A stretch of DNA of 64,000 nt from Octopus sinensis (GCF_006345805.1 NC_043015.1:44950001-45014000), one strand, 5' to 3'; shown: positions 50,103 to 64,000, numbered from the stretch's first letter. Numbers and translations are program-made. Notes: generated from the sequence alone by a model not told the origin.

Positions 50103-50503
50103 TCTTTTTACTTGTTTCAGTCATTTTGACTGCAGCCATGCTGGTGCACCACCTTTAGTCGAGCAAATCGACCCCGGGACTTATTCTTTGTAAGCCCAGT
50201 ACTTATTCTATCGGTCTCTTTTGCCGAACTGCTAAGTGACGGGGACGTAAACGCACCAGCATCGGTTGTCAAGCAATGCTAGAGGGACAAACACAGACAC
50301 ACAAACATATACACACACATATATATATATACATATATACGACAGGCTTCTTTCAGTTTCCGTCTACCAAATCCACTCACAAGGCTTCGGTTGGCCCAAG
50401 GCTATAGTAGAAGACACTTGCCCAAGGTGCCATGCAGTAGGACTGAACCCGGAATCATGTGGTTGGTTAGCAAGCTACTTACCACACAGCCACTCCTGCG
50501 CCT
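50103..50503 (-). mobile_element. SINE-A
   Basis: Family match. Confidence 0.9.
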
Positions 50504-50787
50504 ATGGTATGGGTACTTTTATGTGATGCCAGCAAGAGTACTTTTTTCTGTGACACCAGCAAAAGGCTCTTGCAGGGGCCGAACCTTTTCAGTGTGGGGG
50601 TGGTGTTGCGGGCAGCATTAACACTTCTGCTGTGAAGGACGGCTTTTCTGCAGTATGGCAAGGTGTTAGGTATCTCGGTCCTTTGTCACTGTTCTATTGG
50701 GCTTTTTCCCCCCACCTGCATTCTCACCAGCATGAAAAGACACCTCAAAAAAAGAAATAATAAAAAAAAAAAAAAGAATAAACTCAC

Positions 50788-52204
50788 CATAACCTTGAGT
50801 CTGGTAAGAGCGCACAATCTCTTGCTCAAGGGGGTCACTTGACGTAAATTTGGGCATTTTTGCATACATATCCGGCAAACAAAATAGAAAGCATCGAAAG
50901 AACTCCTTTTCCTTTGGTCCCCTTTTCATCTTCTCCCTCGGTAAACGATGCCGTTTCTGCAACATGTAAGGCAAGTTGAATGCTCCTTGTTCACCCATGA
51001 CACGTTTGACGGCAGGACCGTCAAACTGAAAGTCATTGAAGGTGGACATTGAGTACGTCGGCGAACTCCTGCACGCGGTGGTCGGCCAGTACGGTAAAGT
51101 AATGTTCGTGCTGACGCCCTCGGTGTTGGAGTGAGATATGGCCACGGTGGTCAATGAAGGACTTTCTTTCATCTGTTGAGCTAATTGAAGGGACTGTTGT
51201 AGGTTGTTGTTGTTCGAATGAAGTTGTTGCAGTTGTTGTAGCTGATATTGTAACTGATGTATCTGGTCTGAATTTGAATTATTATGATTTTGTTGTTGTT
51301 GGTTTTGTTGCTGTCGCTGTTGTTGTTGATGCTGCTGCTGGTTTCTTTGTTGTTGTTGTTGTTGTTGCTGTTGGACTTGATGGTGGTGGTGGTGATTTTG
51401 TTGCTGCTGTTGTTGTTGTTGCTGTTGTTGGTGAGGATGATGCTGATTTTGTTGTTGCTGCTGTTGTTGTTGTTGTTGTTGATCGTGGTGATGGAGCTGA
51501 GTTTGCTGTTGTGGTTGTTGTTGTTGTTGTTGTTGTTCAGGTTGATGATGGATCTGTTGTTGCTGCTGCCGATGATGAATCTGGTCTGGTTGATGATGCT
51601 GGTGTTTGGATTGGATCTGTGATGGCTGCTGCGAAATCTGTTGCTGTGATGCGAGATGAGGCTGCTGCTGCTGCGGCTGTTGTGGAAGCGACTGTAGCGG
51701 TTTTTGATTAGAATTACCCACCTGGGACTGGTGGCTCAGAGACGCATCGGACTGTTGAGAATTTTGAAGTAGTTGTTGTTGCTGTTGTTGTTGTTGTTGC
51801 TGCTGTTGTTGTTGCTGATGTTGAGGTGATGCTGGCTGTGGTGGTGGTGGTGGTAGTGACTGTGGCGATGAAGTCGATGGCTGATGCGGATGATTTTGTG
51901 GCGAAGGTGGTATTGACTGTGATTGGTGTTGTTGTTGTGGCGGTGGTGGAGGTGGTGGAGGTGGCGGGGGCGGTGGTTGTTGTGAAGTTTGCTGAGAAGA
52001 TGCGGTAGAAACCTGCTGTATCTGTGGCATTAAGTTAATCAGGAGTCTCGCAGCTAAATCGGCCACGGCATTGTTCATGGGAGAGGAATTCGTGGGAGGC
52101 GCAGCGGAGCCGTTGGAAACGGCGCCGGCTGCAGTCGTTTGCGGCGCATTCTGCTGGGCAACTAGGTTAGCTAATTGCATAAACAGTCTTGTGTTCTCTT
52201 CCAT
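50788..52204 (-). CDS. First coding exon of a G2E3-like HECT E3 ubiquitin ligase gene: poly-Q/P/H N-terminus, then the start of a folded domain
   Basis: The acceptor ttatttcag| opens the exon at 52231. The ATG at 52204 has an aaaATGG context with an in-frame TAG 6 nt upstream. The 472-codon ORF has mixed CAA/CAG runs and ends ...FRCFLFCLPD...SYQTQGY-G. The donor G|gtgagt follows 50788 (phase 1). Confidence 0.9.
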
Positions 52205-52327
52205 TTTCTACAATTAAATTATTCCCTAGACCTGAAATAAATAGAAATTGAGACCAACATTAGAAAAAACTTAGAAACTTCAAAAGAAATGTGAAATGAT
52301 TCCTGTTTCTGGAACGGTGAAACTTAA

Positions 52328-52881
52328 AGCAGATAAAGCTATAAATACTCTTTTACTCGTTTCAGCCATGTGACTGCGGCCATGCTGGAGCACCGCCTTT
52401 AGTCGATCAAATCGACCCCAGGTCTTGTTCTTTGTAAGCGTAGTACTTATTTTATCGGTCTCTTTTTGCCGAACCGCTAAGTTACGGGGATGTAAACACA
52501 CCAGCATCGGTTATTGGGGGGACAAACACGCACATACACATATATATATATATATACATATATATGACGGGATTCTTTCAGTTTCCATCTACCAAATCCA
52601 CTCACAAGGCTTTGGTCAGCCCGAGGCTGTAGTAGAAGACACTTACCCAAGGTGCCATGCAGTGGGACTGAACCCAGAACCATGTGATTGGTAAACAAGC
52701 TACTTACCACACAGCCACTCCTGCGCCTATATACGATGGGCTTCTTTCAGTTTCCGTCTACCAAATCCACTCACAAGGCTTTGGTCAGCCCGAGGCTACA
52801 GTAGAAGACACTTGCCCAAGGTGCCACGCAGTGGGACTGAACCCGGAACCATGTGGTTGGTAAGCAAGCTACTTACCACAC
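52328..52881 (-). mobile_element. SINE-A plus a tandem second 5' half
   Basis: A full copy at 52328-52728 and a second head at 52729-52881. Confidence 0.88.
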
Positions 52882-53785
52882 TGTCTGTCGAGGTGCATGG
52901 CTTAGTAGTTCCAGAGTGGATCATAAGATTGTGGTTCTGATTTCTGGACTGGGTAGGGTGTTGTGTTCTTCACATTGCTCCAGTTCCCTCAACTGGCAAA
53001 AATGAATAATCTTGCAACAGACCAGTGCCCCCTTCAGAAGACAAATAAATATGCCACAGAATTCAGGAATCTTGCCTTATGAGACCATGATTAGAGAAGG
53101 GCCTTTGATCTTTTTCCTTTTGAAATACTAGATTAAAAACCCTTGAGATAGAAAGCATTATCTGCTTAGAATTTCACCATTCCCCAAAAAGTGAAATTAA
53201 GATAATTTTAATCATGCCAATTTCCAAATTAGCTTTGAGTACCCTGATCTTCATTCTTGAATTAGAATAGGTGCTGCAAAAATAATTAGGTATATAACGT
53301 GGTATATATATATATGTATATCTATGCATGTGTGTTTGTGTTTGAACTGCACCAATGCTTGACCACCATATTTACATCTGCATAACCTAGCAGTTTGGCA
53401 AAAGAGACTGATAGAACGAATATCAGGTTTTAAAGAAAAACAAGTACTGGGGTCGATTCATTTGACTAAAATCCTTCAAGGTACTGCCCCAGCATGGCCA
53501 CGGTGTAATGATCGAAACAAGTAAAAGCTAAAAGATAATTCTTCTTCTCACCTTAGGGTAGAGTATTAAGTTAAGCATCCACCTGGAAATGACAGGTTGT
53601 TCAAACGTATGCGTGTGTGTGATCTCTTAATCAGATTCCTTTACCTGGAAAATAAAAGTGCAAAAGTACAATTATAAAGTACGTTGAGAAGGGTTGAGGT
53701 GATCAATAATAAATATTAGTATGGATTTGTTCTGGCTCTCTGTCAGTTATGATGACAAATGTTCCAGTTGATACAAGCAATGGAA

Positions 53786-54190
53786 CAGTGCAGGAGTGGC
53801 TGTGTGGTAAGTAGCTTGCTAACCAACCACATGGTTCCGGGTTCAGTCCCACTGCGTGGCATCTTGGGCAAGTGTCTTCTGCTATAGCCCCGGGCCGACC
53901 AATGCCTTGTGAGTGGATTTGGTAGACGGAAACTGAAAGAAGCCCGTCATATATATGTATATGTATGTGTGTGCATATGTTTGTGTGTCTGTGTTTGTCC
54001 CCACCACCATCGCTTGACAACCGATGCTGGTGTGTTTACATCCCCATAACTTAGCGATTCAGCAAAAGAGACCGATAGAATAAGTACTAGGCTTACAAGG
54101 AATAAATCCTGAGGTTGATTTGCTCGACTAAAAGGCGGTGCTCCAGCATGGCCGCAGTTAAATGAAGGAAACAAGTAAAAGAGTAAAAAC
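53786..54190 (+). mobile_element. SINE-A
   Basis: Family match. Confidence 0.9.
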
Positions 54191-54299
54191 AGAGAGAGTA
54201 TCATTCTCAGCACAATCAAGGAGATCTTCTGCAACTGAAACCCCGAGTGTCTTCTTGGTCAGCTGAAAGCAGTTTTGGCACAGACTCGACAGACATGCA

Positions 54300-54700
54300 T
54301 CTCATACCCAAATCTTCGGTGATAAAGGACTGAACTGAACTATAACTAATCTTCTTCACACATCCTCTGATAACTCACGGATGGTGATTCAACAATTTCC
54401 CATCACAGCTGCACTCACATCTGCAATGATTTTCTCAGTTCTGCTGGTTGCAGGTCTCCCAGAACGTTCATCAATATCAACATTTTTTTGGCCATCTTCA
54501 AAGCATGTGAACCACTCGTACAGTTGTGTACGGCTCTTACACCCATCTCCACACACTTTCTGCTACTTTGCGTGGGCCTGACATATCGCCATGACAACTT
54601 TCTCGGTCATGGTCAATGCAATGACCACATGCTACACACCTTCCTTCCAAGCATTGCTGTAAACAGTGGAAGTGAGCTAAGGTCAATTTGTGCCTAGCGG
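54300..54700 (-). mobile_element. Degenerate mariner transposase N-terminal HTH fragment
   Basis: The minus strand reads KVCGDGCKSRTQLYEWFTCFEDGQKNVDIDERSGRPATSRT. Confidence 0.7.
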
Positions 54701-55156
54701 CTTCACTCTACATGCTTTAGCTTCGTTACTATGGCAACAGTCTGAATATTTATTGATCATGTATGTATGTATATATGCATGTATGTTTGCATGGATGCAT
54801 ACAAAATTTTGTGAAATGTGTAGACTTCTTCAACACTCTCTCTCCCCCCTCTCTCACATTTCTTTGCCTTTCTTACTTTGCACTTCACTATGTCCCTGTC
54901 TCTCTTTTTTTCTAACCACTCCTTGATTCTTCAGTCTACACACTCTCTCTCTCTTCTCCCCCTCCTTAATTCCTTTGTTCCTCTTTTTCAGCTGAATTCA
55001 ATTGCCACGTCTGTTATTATAGCCTGTTTTTATTATGTGTCCATAGCTTACACTTGGTGCACCTTATAGAGTTTCTACCTACACCTTTTCAATTGTCACG
55101 CCTGTTGTTATATCCTGTTTTTATTATTCTTTTGTATTATTTTTTTTATTTATATC

Positions 55157-55712
55157 CAGGCAATAACAGAGAAATTCAAGACAGGAGGCCCCTGGGAGCT
55201 CCTCTATGCTGATGACCTTGCTCTAATTGCTGAGTCACTATCAGAACTGGAGGAGATGTTTCAGGTGTGGAAGCAAGGTTTAGAATCGAAGGGCCTTAGA
55301 ATCAACCTAGCCAAAACCAAAGTCCTAATAAGTAGGAAGGTAGACCAATCACAAACGCCTTCAGGTAGATGGCCCTGCTCGATCTGTAAAAAAGGTGTAG
55401 GTAGAAACTCTATAAGGTGCACCAAGTGTAAGCTATGGACACATAAGAGGTGCAGCAATGTCAAAGGAAGGCTAACTCGGAAAATAGTTTTTGTCCATGG
55501 CAGATGCTCAGGAGCAATAAACACTGAAAATGTGCAGAGACCAACTTCTACCACGTTCCAGGGAGAAAAACTAGAAGTAGTTGATAGCTTCCGCTACCTA
55601 GGTGACCAAGTCAGTAGCGGGAGTGGGTGTGCTGAAAATGTAACTGCTAGAGTAAGAATAGCCTGGGCAAAGTTCAGAGAGCTCTTACCCCTGCTGGTGA
55701 CAAAAGGCCTCT
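55157..55712 (+). mobile_element. RTE-clade LINE reverse-transcriptase fragment, open frame
   Basis: FKTGGPWELLYADDLALIAES...KGLRINLAKTKV...CSIC..C..C..WTHKRC...FRYLGD...ARVRIAWAKFRELLPLL. It is cut at the 3' side by a TTAA-type MITE. Confidence 0.92.
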
Positions 55713-55889
55713 TGCTCTTGTTTTCATAAGTTCTGAATTAAAATCTTCCACCAAACCTTAGTCACAATTTATGTTCCTAACACTAGCTGAATGATAACCA
55801 AGTTATTTTACTAAATTCTTTGTTATATCTAAAATTCATTGAAAGAAACACAGAGCATCTCAAAATAAATTCAGTAACAAAAAGGTTAA

Positions 55890-56390
55890 TTCAGTTTCAT
55901 GCCTATCCTCAATTATGGTCATAAACGTTGGCTAATGACCAAAAGAGAACAATTGCAAATACAAGTGGCCAAAATGGGGTTCTTCCAAAAGATCTCTGGA
56001 GTAATGTTACTTGACAGGGTGTGTAACTTGGAGATTCGGTAGTTTCTCCAGGTCAAGTTGCCACTTCTATGCATTGAGCAGTCACAGCTCCAATACTACA
56101 GACATGTGATCAGAATTTCGCAGGAAAGGACCTTAAAATGAATTCTTCAAGCCAAATCTCGGGGGACCTGGGAGTAGACCAAAATCAATAAATAATATCC
56201 ATAACCACAGTTGATCCCACTTGGGCAGCAGACCAAGAATAAGACAGTTGGATAACGTCCAGTCTTAATTGGTCGTACTTGGAAACCCAGCTGGAAAGTC
56301 TAATGATGGTTATATCTGATAGGATGATATGGAGGAGATGCCTGAGGAATCTACCCCAATGACCCTCCCAGATGGATGGATAGATGAAAT
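55890..56390 (+). mobile_element. Decayed Rex3/Expander-like RTE LINE 3' end
   Basis: PILNYGHKRWLMTKREQLQIQVAKMGF remnants with stops, ending in a GATG-type tail (gatggatggatagatg). Confidence 0.65.
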
Positions 56391-56919
56391 GTTCCCAATT
56401 GTGATGTTCTTGCTAAGCTTCATTGGAAACATGCATTTTGTATGCTAATTAAGACAATTAAAGATTACAAACTATTTAGTTGAATAAAGCTTCTTAACAT
56501 CACCCTTTAGCATTCAAATTACTCCGACAAATGTAAAGCTTATTTATTCATATTATTTTGGTTTAATCATATATTATCTCATAGATCTGAGATTTTGATG
56601 ATGCTATTGTCTAAATTTAAAATGACATTGTAGGGTAGGTATGAGATGCTGGATCTGGCCAGTTTGAACATAAAACAGGAGGCATATTTGGGCCAGAAAT
56701 TACCAGTTTTAATGTTAAAGGTATAAAGGATAATGTGTTCAGTTTTTCACGGAAATCTAATCTCAATCAATACTTCTGTACATATTTCATCACCTCATCA
56801 ATAACTTTTGGTGTGCACCAAAGATCAATGATATACTGAAATGCTTCCATTTCACATTAATGATTTCCTGTGAATCAGAGGACTTGTCAATTATTGATAT
56901 CAGTCAATTATTAATATAT

Positions 56920-57330
56920 AGGCACAGGAGTGGCTGTGTGGTAAGTAGCTTGCTAACCAACCACATGGTTCCGGGTTCATTCCCACTGCATGGCATCTTG
57001 GGCAAGTGTCTTCTGCTATAGCCCCGGGCCGACCAATGCCTTGTGAGTGGATTTGGTAGACAGAAACTGAAAGAAGCCTGTCGTATATATGTATATATAT
57101 AAGTGTGTGTGTTTATGTTTGTGTGTCTGTGTTTGTCCCTCCGATATTGCTTGACAACCGATGTTGGTGTGTTTATGTCCCTGTCACTTAGCGGTTTGGC
57201 AAAAGAGACCGATAGAATAAGTACTGGGCTTACAAAGAATAAGTCCCGGGGTCGATTTGCTCGACTAAAGGTGGTGTTCCAGCATGGCCGCAGTCAAATG
57301 ACTGAAACAAGTAAAAGAGTAAAAGAGAGA
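56920..57330 (+). mobile_element. SINE-A
   Basis: Family match. Confidence 0.9.
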
Positions 57331-59399
57331 GAGAGAGTCCAAGAAACTTTTAAGAACAGGTATTTGGTTCTAATGCTATAGTGTGTAACAGCTGAGAGAT
57401 AAATCTTTGCTCAGAAAACTTTCAGTTTTTATCCTAATGATGCTTTAATCAAATAGTTCTGAGTAAACTGAAGGTGGTTGGTGTTCTTGCAATAAACATG
57501 ATTTTAAAATTAACTCAAGTATTGCTATTATTACCCATCACTGCACCTTAAAAATTAAACTTTTTAAGAAAAGTTGTTTCTTATTAAACATGTTATTTCT
57601 TTCCTTTCTTAAAACTGAAGTAAACACAATTATGAACATAAATGATTTTGCTTTTGTTTCAGCATTTCATGCAAGCTTTGATAATTCTCTGGAAAAGACT
57701 TCTGTGCTCCACTCCCCATTTTCTCCCAAATTTGTTTATTTAAAAAATTATTTTTGCCAAGAATCGGCATTGGGAAAAATTCCCCCTTTCCCCACCAACT
57801 TTTTCAATTTTGACTTTTTCCGCAACACTAAGCCTAAAACCCTAACCGTAAGCACAGAAATGTTTAGAAAAGAAAAAAAATTCTTTAAAAAAATTTTACA
57901 AAGATTTTTGGAAATTTTTTCAGAATCATAATCTCCGCATTTTTCGGCATATTTTGAGAAAAATTTCTGAAAAAAGTTAAAAATTAAGGAAATGGGAGGT
58001 GAGGTGGTAATTTAGAAATGTCGATTTTTTCCAAATTTTTTGACAGATTCGTATTTCCCGTAGCCGAAAAGCGGGGTTTGTGTCGAAAAAAAAAGTTTTA
58101 AAAAAGGGTGGGGGTTTTTGTGGGGGTGGGGAATCTTGCCTCATTTTCCAGTCGGTTATCAATTTTTCACTTCCTCGACGGTCCTTTTATATACTCATTC
58201 ATAATGAAAGGGTGCCCAAATTTCACTCATAAGGTTTTGGTGGACCTGAGACTATGGTATAAATGAGAAGACGCTTGCCCAGGGAACCGTGAAGTGGGAT
58301 CGAAAGCAAAACCACTCAATTGCGAAGCTTACATCTTAAGCACACAACAATATTTGCTAGAAACAACAGCCAAATCTAACCCCCCAATTTACACCCTTAA
58401 AAAATAATTATATATTTTTTTTAATGGATACATTAGCTGATTTAGTCATAGTTAATTCTACAAAGAGAAGATGGTCCCAGCCGGAATGCTTTTGATAACA
58501 GGTTTGTTTGATACAGATTAAACAATAACATTTTAGTTTTACCAGCAAAACGTCAAAAGAACTGCATCCAAATAAGTGATAAAATATGTTGAAAAAAAAA
58601 TTATCAGAAATGTTAAACTTTTCGATACAACTCGAACTGCATATGCGAGGGTCTCTCGGTTTTAGGCAATAGCAGACAAAAAACTTAAGGTTTCACTTTA
58701 CAGTGTGTTTAGAACATCTTTCTGAAGCAAGTTTTGTCAAGACAATGAAATACCTTCGTAAGCTAATCATTAAAACATTGTGAAGTATTGATCCAAACCA
58801 ATTTCTTGAGAATTATAGGCAGCAACTAGTTAATGATCGATCAAAATCCGATAGAGACATTTTGTTGCGGTAACTTCGCGAGAAAACATTAGTATCATTT
58901 CAAGCGTGTCTTCGACGACGATGATCATGATCGTTATGATTATGATCACGATGATCATGGTGATAATAATATGGTAGTGTTAATAACATAGTAGTTATCC
59001 ATCTAATTTTTGGTTGTGCGTTGAAGGATTTCATTTCAAACCAGCGGAAACACTCAAACACTTGAGTAAGGGATGCGTGCATACAAGCATCAATCGCACC
59101 GCTTTCAGGAAGTTATTTTAAAGACGAATGGGTCACGAAATAATGAACTCTTAGATCGACGCCCAAACAAATGAATTAATAGTGAGTCTAATTAGGGGAA
59201 AATCTGGTTCGAATACAAAGAAAACTGGCCCCAAAAGTTGGCAGATTCTCGGTGAACACAGGGCAATGCAGTTCGCATATGTTTATGTGTATATATTTAA
59301 GAGAAAAAACATGTTCCAAGCATTGGAATTATTAAATCTAAGGTAGAATTTTAAATTTAATATAAATCGACGATAAAGAAAATAGTTTTCAGTTATTAC

Positions 59400-59545
59400 C
59401 TGGCCCTTTTTCCTGATTTTCGTTTCGGCGACCGGTGGTTTTTTTATTCTTTATATTACTTTTCTTTTTTTTTTTCCCCGAATTACATTCTCGTTCCTCG
59501 ATTCATTACGCCGTTCAAATTCTGCGAATCGAATTTTTATACGTA
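59400..59545 (-). promoter_or_regulatory. Candidate non-coding first exon and promoter of the HECT gene
   Basis: The coding exon at 52231 begins with an acceptor, so an upstream exon must exist. This CpG-enriched unique stretch has a minus-strand donor CCAG|gtaata after 59400 and TATAAAAA at 59541-59534. Confidence 0.35.
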
Positions 59546-60074
59546 TAGTTTCGTGTCGTGCACATAATACAACAAGGATACGTTCTTATTATAAGCTACT
59601 CAACCGAGATTTAATCGTTGTGTTTTAAATTCGTATTGGGACGATGGAATACCAGGAACTGAAAGGTTACGCAGAGTGCCTTCCGGTTATTAGTTACGTC
59701 CCTTTACGCTCCGAGTTCAAACTCTGTCGAAGGGTCTATTTCACCTTTCACAATTCTGCCATCCATGAAATAAGTTCCAGCTGTATGACATATACACACA
59801 GATGTATATATATGTACATATACATATATATATGTTGGAAGTATTGGGGGATGATGGACAGATTTAATACATATGAAAGAAAAACGGTGTTCAGAATGCT
59901 GGAAATAAATATATATTTATTTACATATCACATATTATTTCTTCATATTAGCGCTTAAGAAATTTGTGATATGTAAATAAATATATATTTTTACAACCAT
60001 CCAGCATTCTGAACACCTTCTGTCTTTCATACATACATATATACATATATATATATACACATACATATATATAT

Positions 60075-60131
<57 letters not shown>

Positions 60132-60330
60132 CATATATATATATATACACATACATATATATATATACACACATACATACATATATATATATATATACAC
60201 ACATACATACATATATACATACATATATATATATATATATACACATACATACATATATACATACATACATATATATATATACACACATACATACATATAT
60301 ATATATATACACACATACATACATATATAC

Positions 60331-60395
<65 letters not shown>

Positions 60396-62369
60396 CACAC
60401 ACATACACATATATATATATATATTCGTCTAAATAAGAAGATTTGCTCGCTACAAATATATTTGGCCAGTGATTCGAGTGTTACAAATTATGATAGATAA
60501 CAAATAAATTATTATAATTACTATTATTATTATTATTATCTTGCAATTGATATTCTTCCCGATAATAAGATTTTATTACTAAAAGGTTGTGTGTGAGAGG
60601 AGTAAAATTAGAAAGATAAATAAAGGAAGGAGTAAAAATATATAAATAAAGCATGTTGCTATAAAGAAAAGCAACAACAATATGAAAATAAAAACGATCA
60701 AAAAAAAATCAATAAATGCTATGGCTTCGAAGAAGATAAATTAATTACCCATCTTTATTCGTTAGAATAAAGGATGAAAGCAATCGCAATTGCGAAATGC
60801 TTTTCAGCTGAATACTGTTTAGCAAATATATTTGATAACATTTTGAATGAAATTGATTTTTTTTTTTTTTTTTTTGTGAAATTATTTGCACTTCTTTTGC
60901 AAACGGTTGACAACGACGGTTCGTATATATGAGTTGACAATGACGATTCGTATATATAAGTCCCCCAAAATCCTTGAGGTGACTGAAAAAACGATGTTAC
61001 TAGAGAGAAAAAAGTGAAAAATTGTTTCTGCCTCATCGTATATTTGAAATGTGAAAAAGTTTCGAAACTAGAATTATAATAAGAGTGAAAAAATAAAATC
61101 AATGGAAAAATTTTTTTTAGGAATAATTTGATAAGAAAATTTAAAGTTTTGCATCAACTGTAATTTTATTCTTGTTGATTGTATTATTTTTCAGCACTGT
61201 TAAGATTTATTAGCATTAGTATTTAAAAACTGAAGGAAATTTAATATGGGTGTGTATGTGTGTGTAAGTAATTTCATCTAAATCACAGTAGTGGGTGGGT
61301 GGAGCCCTACCTATGTTGATGGTATGACACGTTATAGTAGCTTGCTAAAAGAAGGCACTTGTTCGTGGTAATTAAATATTATCTAATCGATATTTATATT
61401 AAGGTACCATAAGCTATACACATTAATGTAAAAGAAAATAAGACATCATTCACGATAGCTCTTATTCGATTAAATACAATAATTTGTATTTGTTTTTCTT
61501 ATTACATTTCAGATTAATCAAAATGTTGAATTAAAAACCTGTTAATTATATTTTTATAGACGAATAATTATTTCATAATTATAATTATCGTTATTAATAA
61601 TACAATGATGATGATGATCATTGCCTGTTTCTATAACAGAGATATGGGCCTATAATAATACAAGGGACTTACTATAACACATGGAGATATTCTTAATGGA
61701 TAAAAGGGAGTAGTTCTTGATTAGGAGACAAATGTAATTTAGTTCCAGCCTTGACGTTGATTGCTGTCGTTATTTCAATATCAGATATAATGCTTGGTCA
61801 AGACGGTAGCGTCATTTTCTTCGTTTTAATATGAAGAAAGCTTAATTGCTTTTGACCAAGGATTAAGCGACGTTAACCTAGTATACACTGGAGCTTACGG
61901 TTATAATTGTGGTCAGCTATTGGAAATAAATGCATGCTTTTCTTTACCGTTGTTTAATAAGAAAGTGAAATTAAACTAAAATATAGCAATAACTGTTGTT
62001 AGTTGTAATAATACATATAAATAATTTAATATATGGTTTAACTTCAGTAAATAGCCTTTCTATCCACTACTACTATTACAATTGTAATAATATTCAGTAG
62101 GCATTGATCAGGCCTTATGGTTTTTTTCACTCCTGCCTATCGGATCCGTGATCAGGTTTCAATTCCGGATGATAACCATCACGGCGCTGATATCCTTGAG
62201 AAAAGCAAGAACAATAATTAATTATCATGGTGTTCTTTCGATTTGACTCGACAAAACAAAACATTGAAACCGGCTCCTTCCGTGAAAAGCACGTTGACTT
62301 GTCAACTGTCAGTTGACGAAATGGGAGGAGGAGAAAGCTAATGGGTTATACGTGCGTGTGTTCTTGTTC

Positions 62370-62406
<37 letters not shown>

Positions 62407-62850
62407 TGATCCTCTGTCTGTGTGTACGTGCTAATGTTGGTGTATACATATCAGCTTATCTAAATTCCTATAATAAAAATGGAAAAAGAGGAACAAGGTA
62501 TAATTAGTTACGCACTGGGGTCGATGTAATCGACTTAATCCTTTTGTCTGTCCTTGTTTGTCCCTTCTGTGTTTAGCCCCTTGTGGGTAGTAAAGAAATA
62601 GGTATAATGGAATGGAAGGTTTATGATACCTGTGGAGTATCTCCTTCTTCCATTATAATTGTCTTGTAGTTTCAAGGAGCTGGAACAGGTCACCAATTTG
62701 TAACGTCCATGCGAAGCGAAGCGAGGTGACAAGAATGGCTCCCCAATACAATGAATATAAATAGAACAATGCATATATGTGCCAGAGGGAAATATGAGAC
62801 ACAACCAGATAGAATGATTAAGAGAAGATTTATTGAGATGTTAACATGTC

Positions 62851-63238
62851 AAGAGTGGCTGTGTGGTAAGTAGCTTGCTAACCAACCACATGGTTCTGGC
62901 TTCAGTCCCACTGCGTGATATCTTGAGCAAGTGTCTTCTGCTATAGCCCCAGGCTGACCAATGCCTTGTGAGTGGATTTGGCAGACGGAAACTGAAAGAA
63001 GCTTGTCGTATATATGTATATATATATATGTATGTGTGTGTGTCTGTGTTTGTCCCCCTAGCATTGCTTGACAACCGATGCTGGTGTGTTTACGTGCCCG
63101 TCACTTAGCGGTTCGGCAAAAGAGACCGATAGACTAAGTACTGGGCTTATAAAGAATAAGTCCCAGGGTCGATTTGCTCGACTAAAGGCAGTGCTCCAGC
63201 ATGGCCAAAGTCAAATGACTAAAACAAGTAAATGAGTA
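62851..63238 (+). mobile_element. SINE-A
   Basis: Family match. Confidence 0.9.
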
Positions 63239-63588
63239 TGTGTGATTGTGTGTGCATCATATATATAGAATAATAAACAGACCGTCAAAAGAACCAGATG
63301 TATGCGTATGTGGGCATAGACATATGTGTGTTAAGAACATATAAGGATGGCAATGAAGAAGAGGAAGTGAAAGGATCTATAGCGATCAAAGTGAGGAGTA
63401 AATTCGTAGGTACAAGAAGGTTAAATACCAGTTCGTAGTCAATTGTACACGATAGTTGATATACTGCATCGAGAAGTTGCAGCGATGATGCAGAGCCAGT
63501 TGTGGTACATGCCATGTGTGAAGTTGTGGCTGTGATGCTGCTGCCGGGGCACTTGGTATAGTTTACTTATGAGTTCAATATTTTGCTT

Positions 63589-63755
63589 TAGCACCCACTA
63601 CACTCACGGAGTGGTTGGCGTTAGGAAGGGCATCCAGCCGTAGAAACACTGTCAGATCAGACTGGGCCTGGTGCAGCCTTCCGGCCTCACAGTCCCCAGT
63701 TGAACCGTCCAACCCATGCTAGCATGGAAAGCGGACGCTAAATGATGATGATGAT
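63589..63755 (+). mobile_element. SINE-C at the 5' end of a mariner ORF
   Basis: Family match. ATGAGTTCAATA occurs at 63569-63580 and 63754-63765 (possible TSD). Confidence 0.82.
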
Positions 63756-64000
63756 GAGTTCAATAAAGGCAAGAATGCAGCGGAAAGTGTGGAGAATGTT
63801 AGTGCAGTATACGGGGATCAGACAATAAGTGTAAACCAGTGTCAACTGTGGTTCCAGAAATTCCAAGCTGGTAACTACAGTCTAGAAGAGAAACCTCGTC
63901 CTGCAAGATCTATAGAGCATGATGAGGATGACTTGCAAACCCTGGTGAAACAAAATCCCATTGTAACTGTTGAGGAACTATCAGAGAAGCTTGGATTGGG
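63756..64000 (+). mobile_element. Mariner transposase N-terminal HTH, same family as 32015-32922; runs off the window
   Basis: EFNKGKNAAESVENVSAVYGDQTISVNQCQLWFQKFQAGNYSLEEKPRPARS is open to the window end. A SINE-C sits immediately upstream. Confidence 0.85.

Noticed and set aside
51154-52008. Plus-strand poly-Val/Leu ORFs
   Set aside because: They are the antisense mirror of the CAA/CAG poly-Q exon.
57590-58170. Unusual homopolymer-rich stretch with short ORFs
   Set aside because: The inflated homopolymer runs look like low-quality long-read consensus. No interpretable feature.
63285-63560. Minus-strand ORF (KCPGSSITATTSHMACTTTGS...)
   Set aside because: No clear splice sites or recognisable homology, and it is flanked by repeats. 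It cannot be supported.

Overview
This is eukaryotic, AT-rich, repeat-dense animal DNA. The SINE, MITE and LINE families look like those I recall from octopus (coleoid cephalopod); this is inference, not a database result. The window holds one convincing protein-coding gene on the minus strand. I assembled at least six phase-consistent coding exons (52204-50788, 48316-48081, 42151-42089, 28112-27993, 23618-23549, 22139-21043; 3003 nt, 1000 aa). They encode a poly-Q/P/H N-terminus, a ubiquitin-like-sized segment and a divergent C-terminal HECT domain (G2E3-like E3 ligase). The rest consists of four SINE-type families (about 50 copies), several MITE families, an inactivated near-full-length piggyBac transposase, mariner remnants, RTE and CR1/L2 LINE fragments, a Gypsy LTR-gag stub, microsatellites and one 100-N gap. 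The most notable observations are a TSD-flanked retroposed chimera of a pre-tRNA-Ala(AGC) with its oligo-T trailer fused to a SINE, a tandem duplication with a recombinant MITE at its junction, candidate alternative or poison exons of the HECT gene, and several long intronic hairpins. Most six-frame ORFs are microsatellite or SINE artefacts. There is no CRISPR array and no prokaryotic-type system. Repeat boundaries are approximate to a few bp unless TSDs are quoted.
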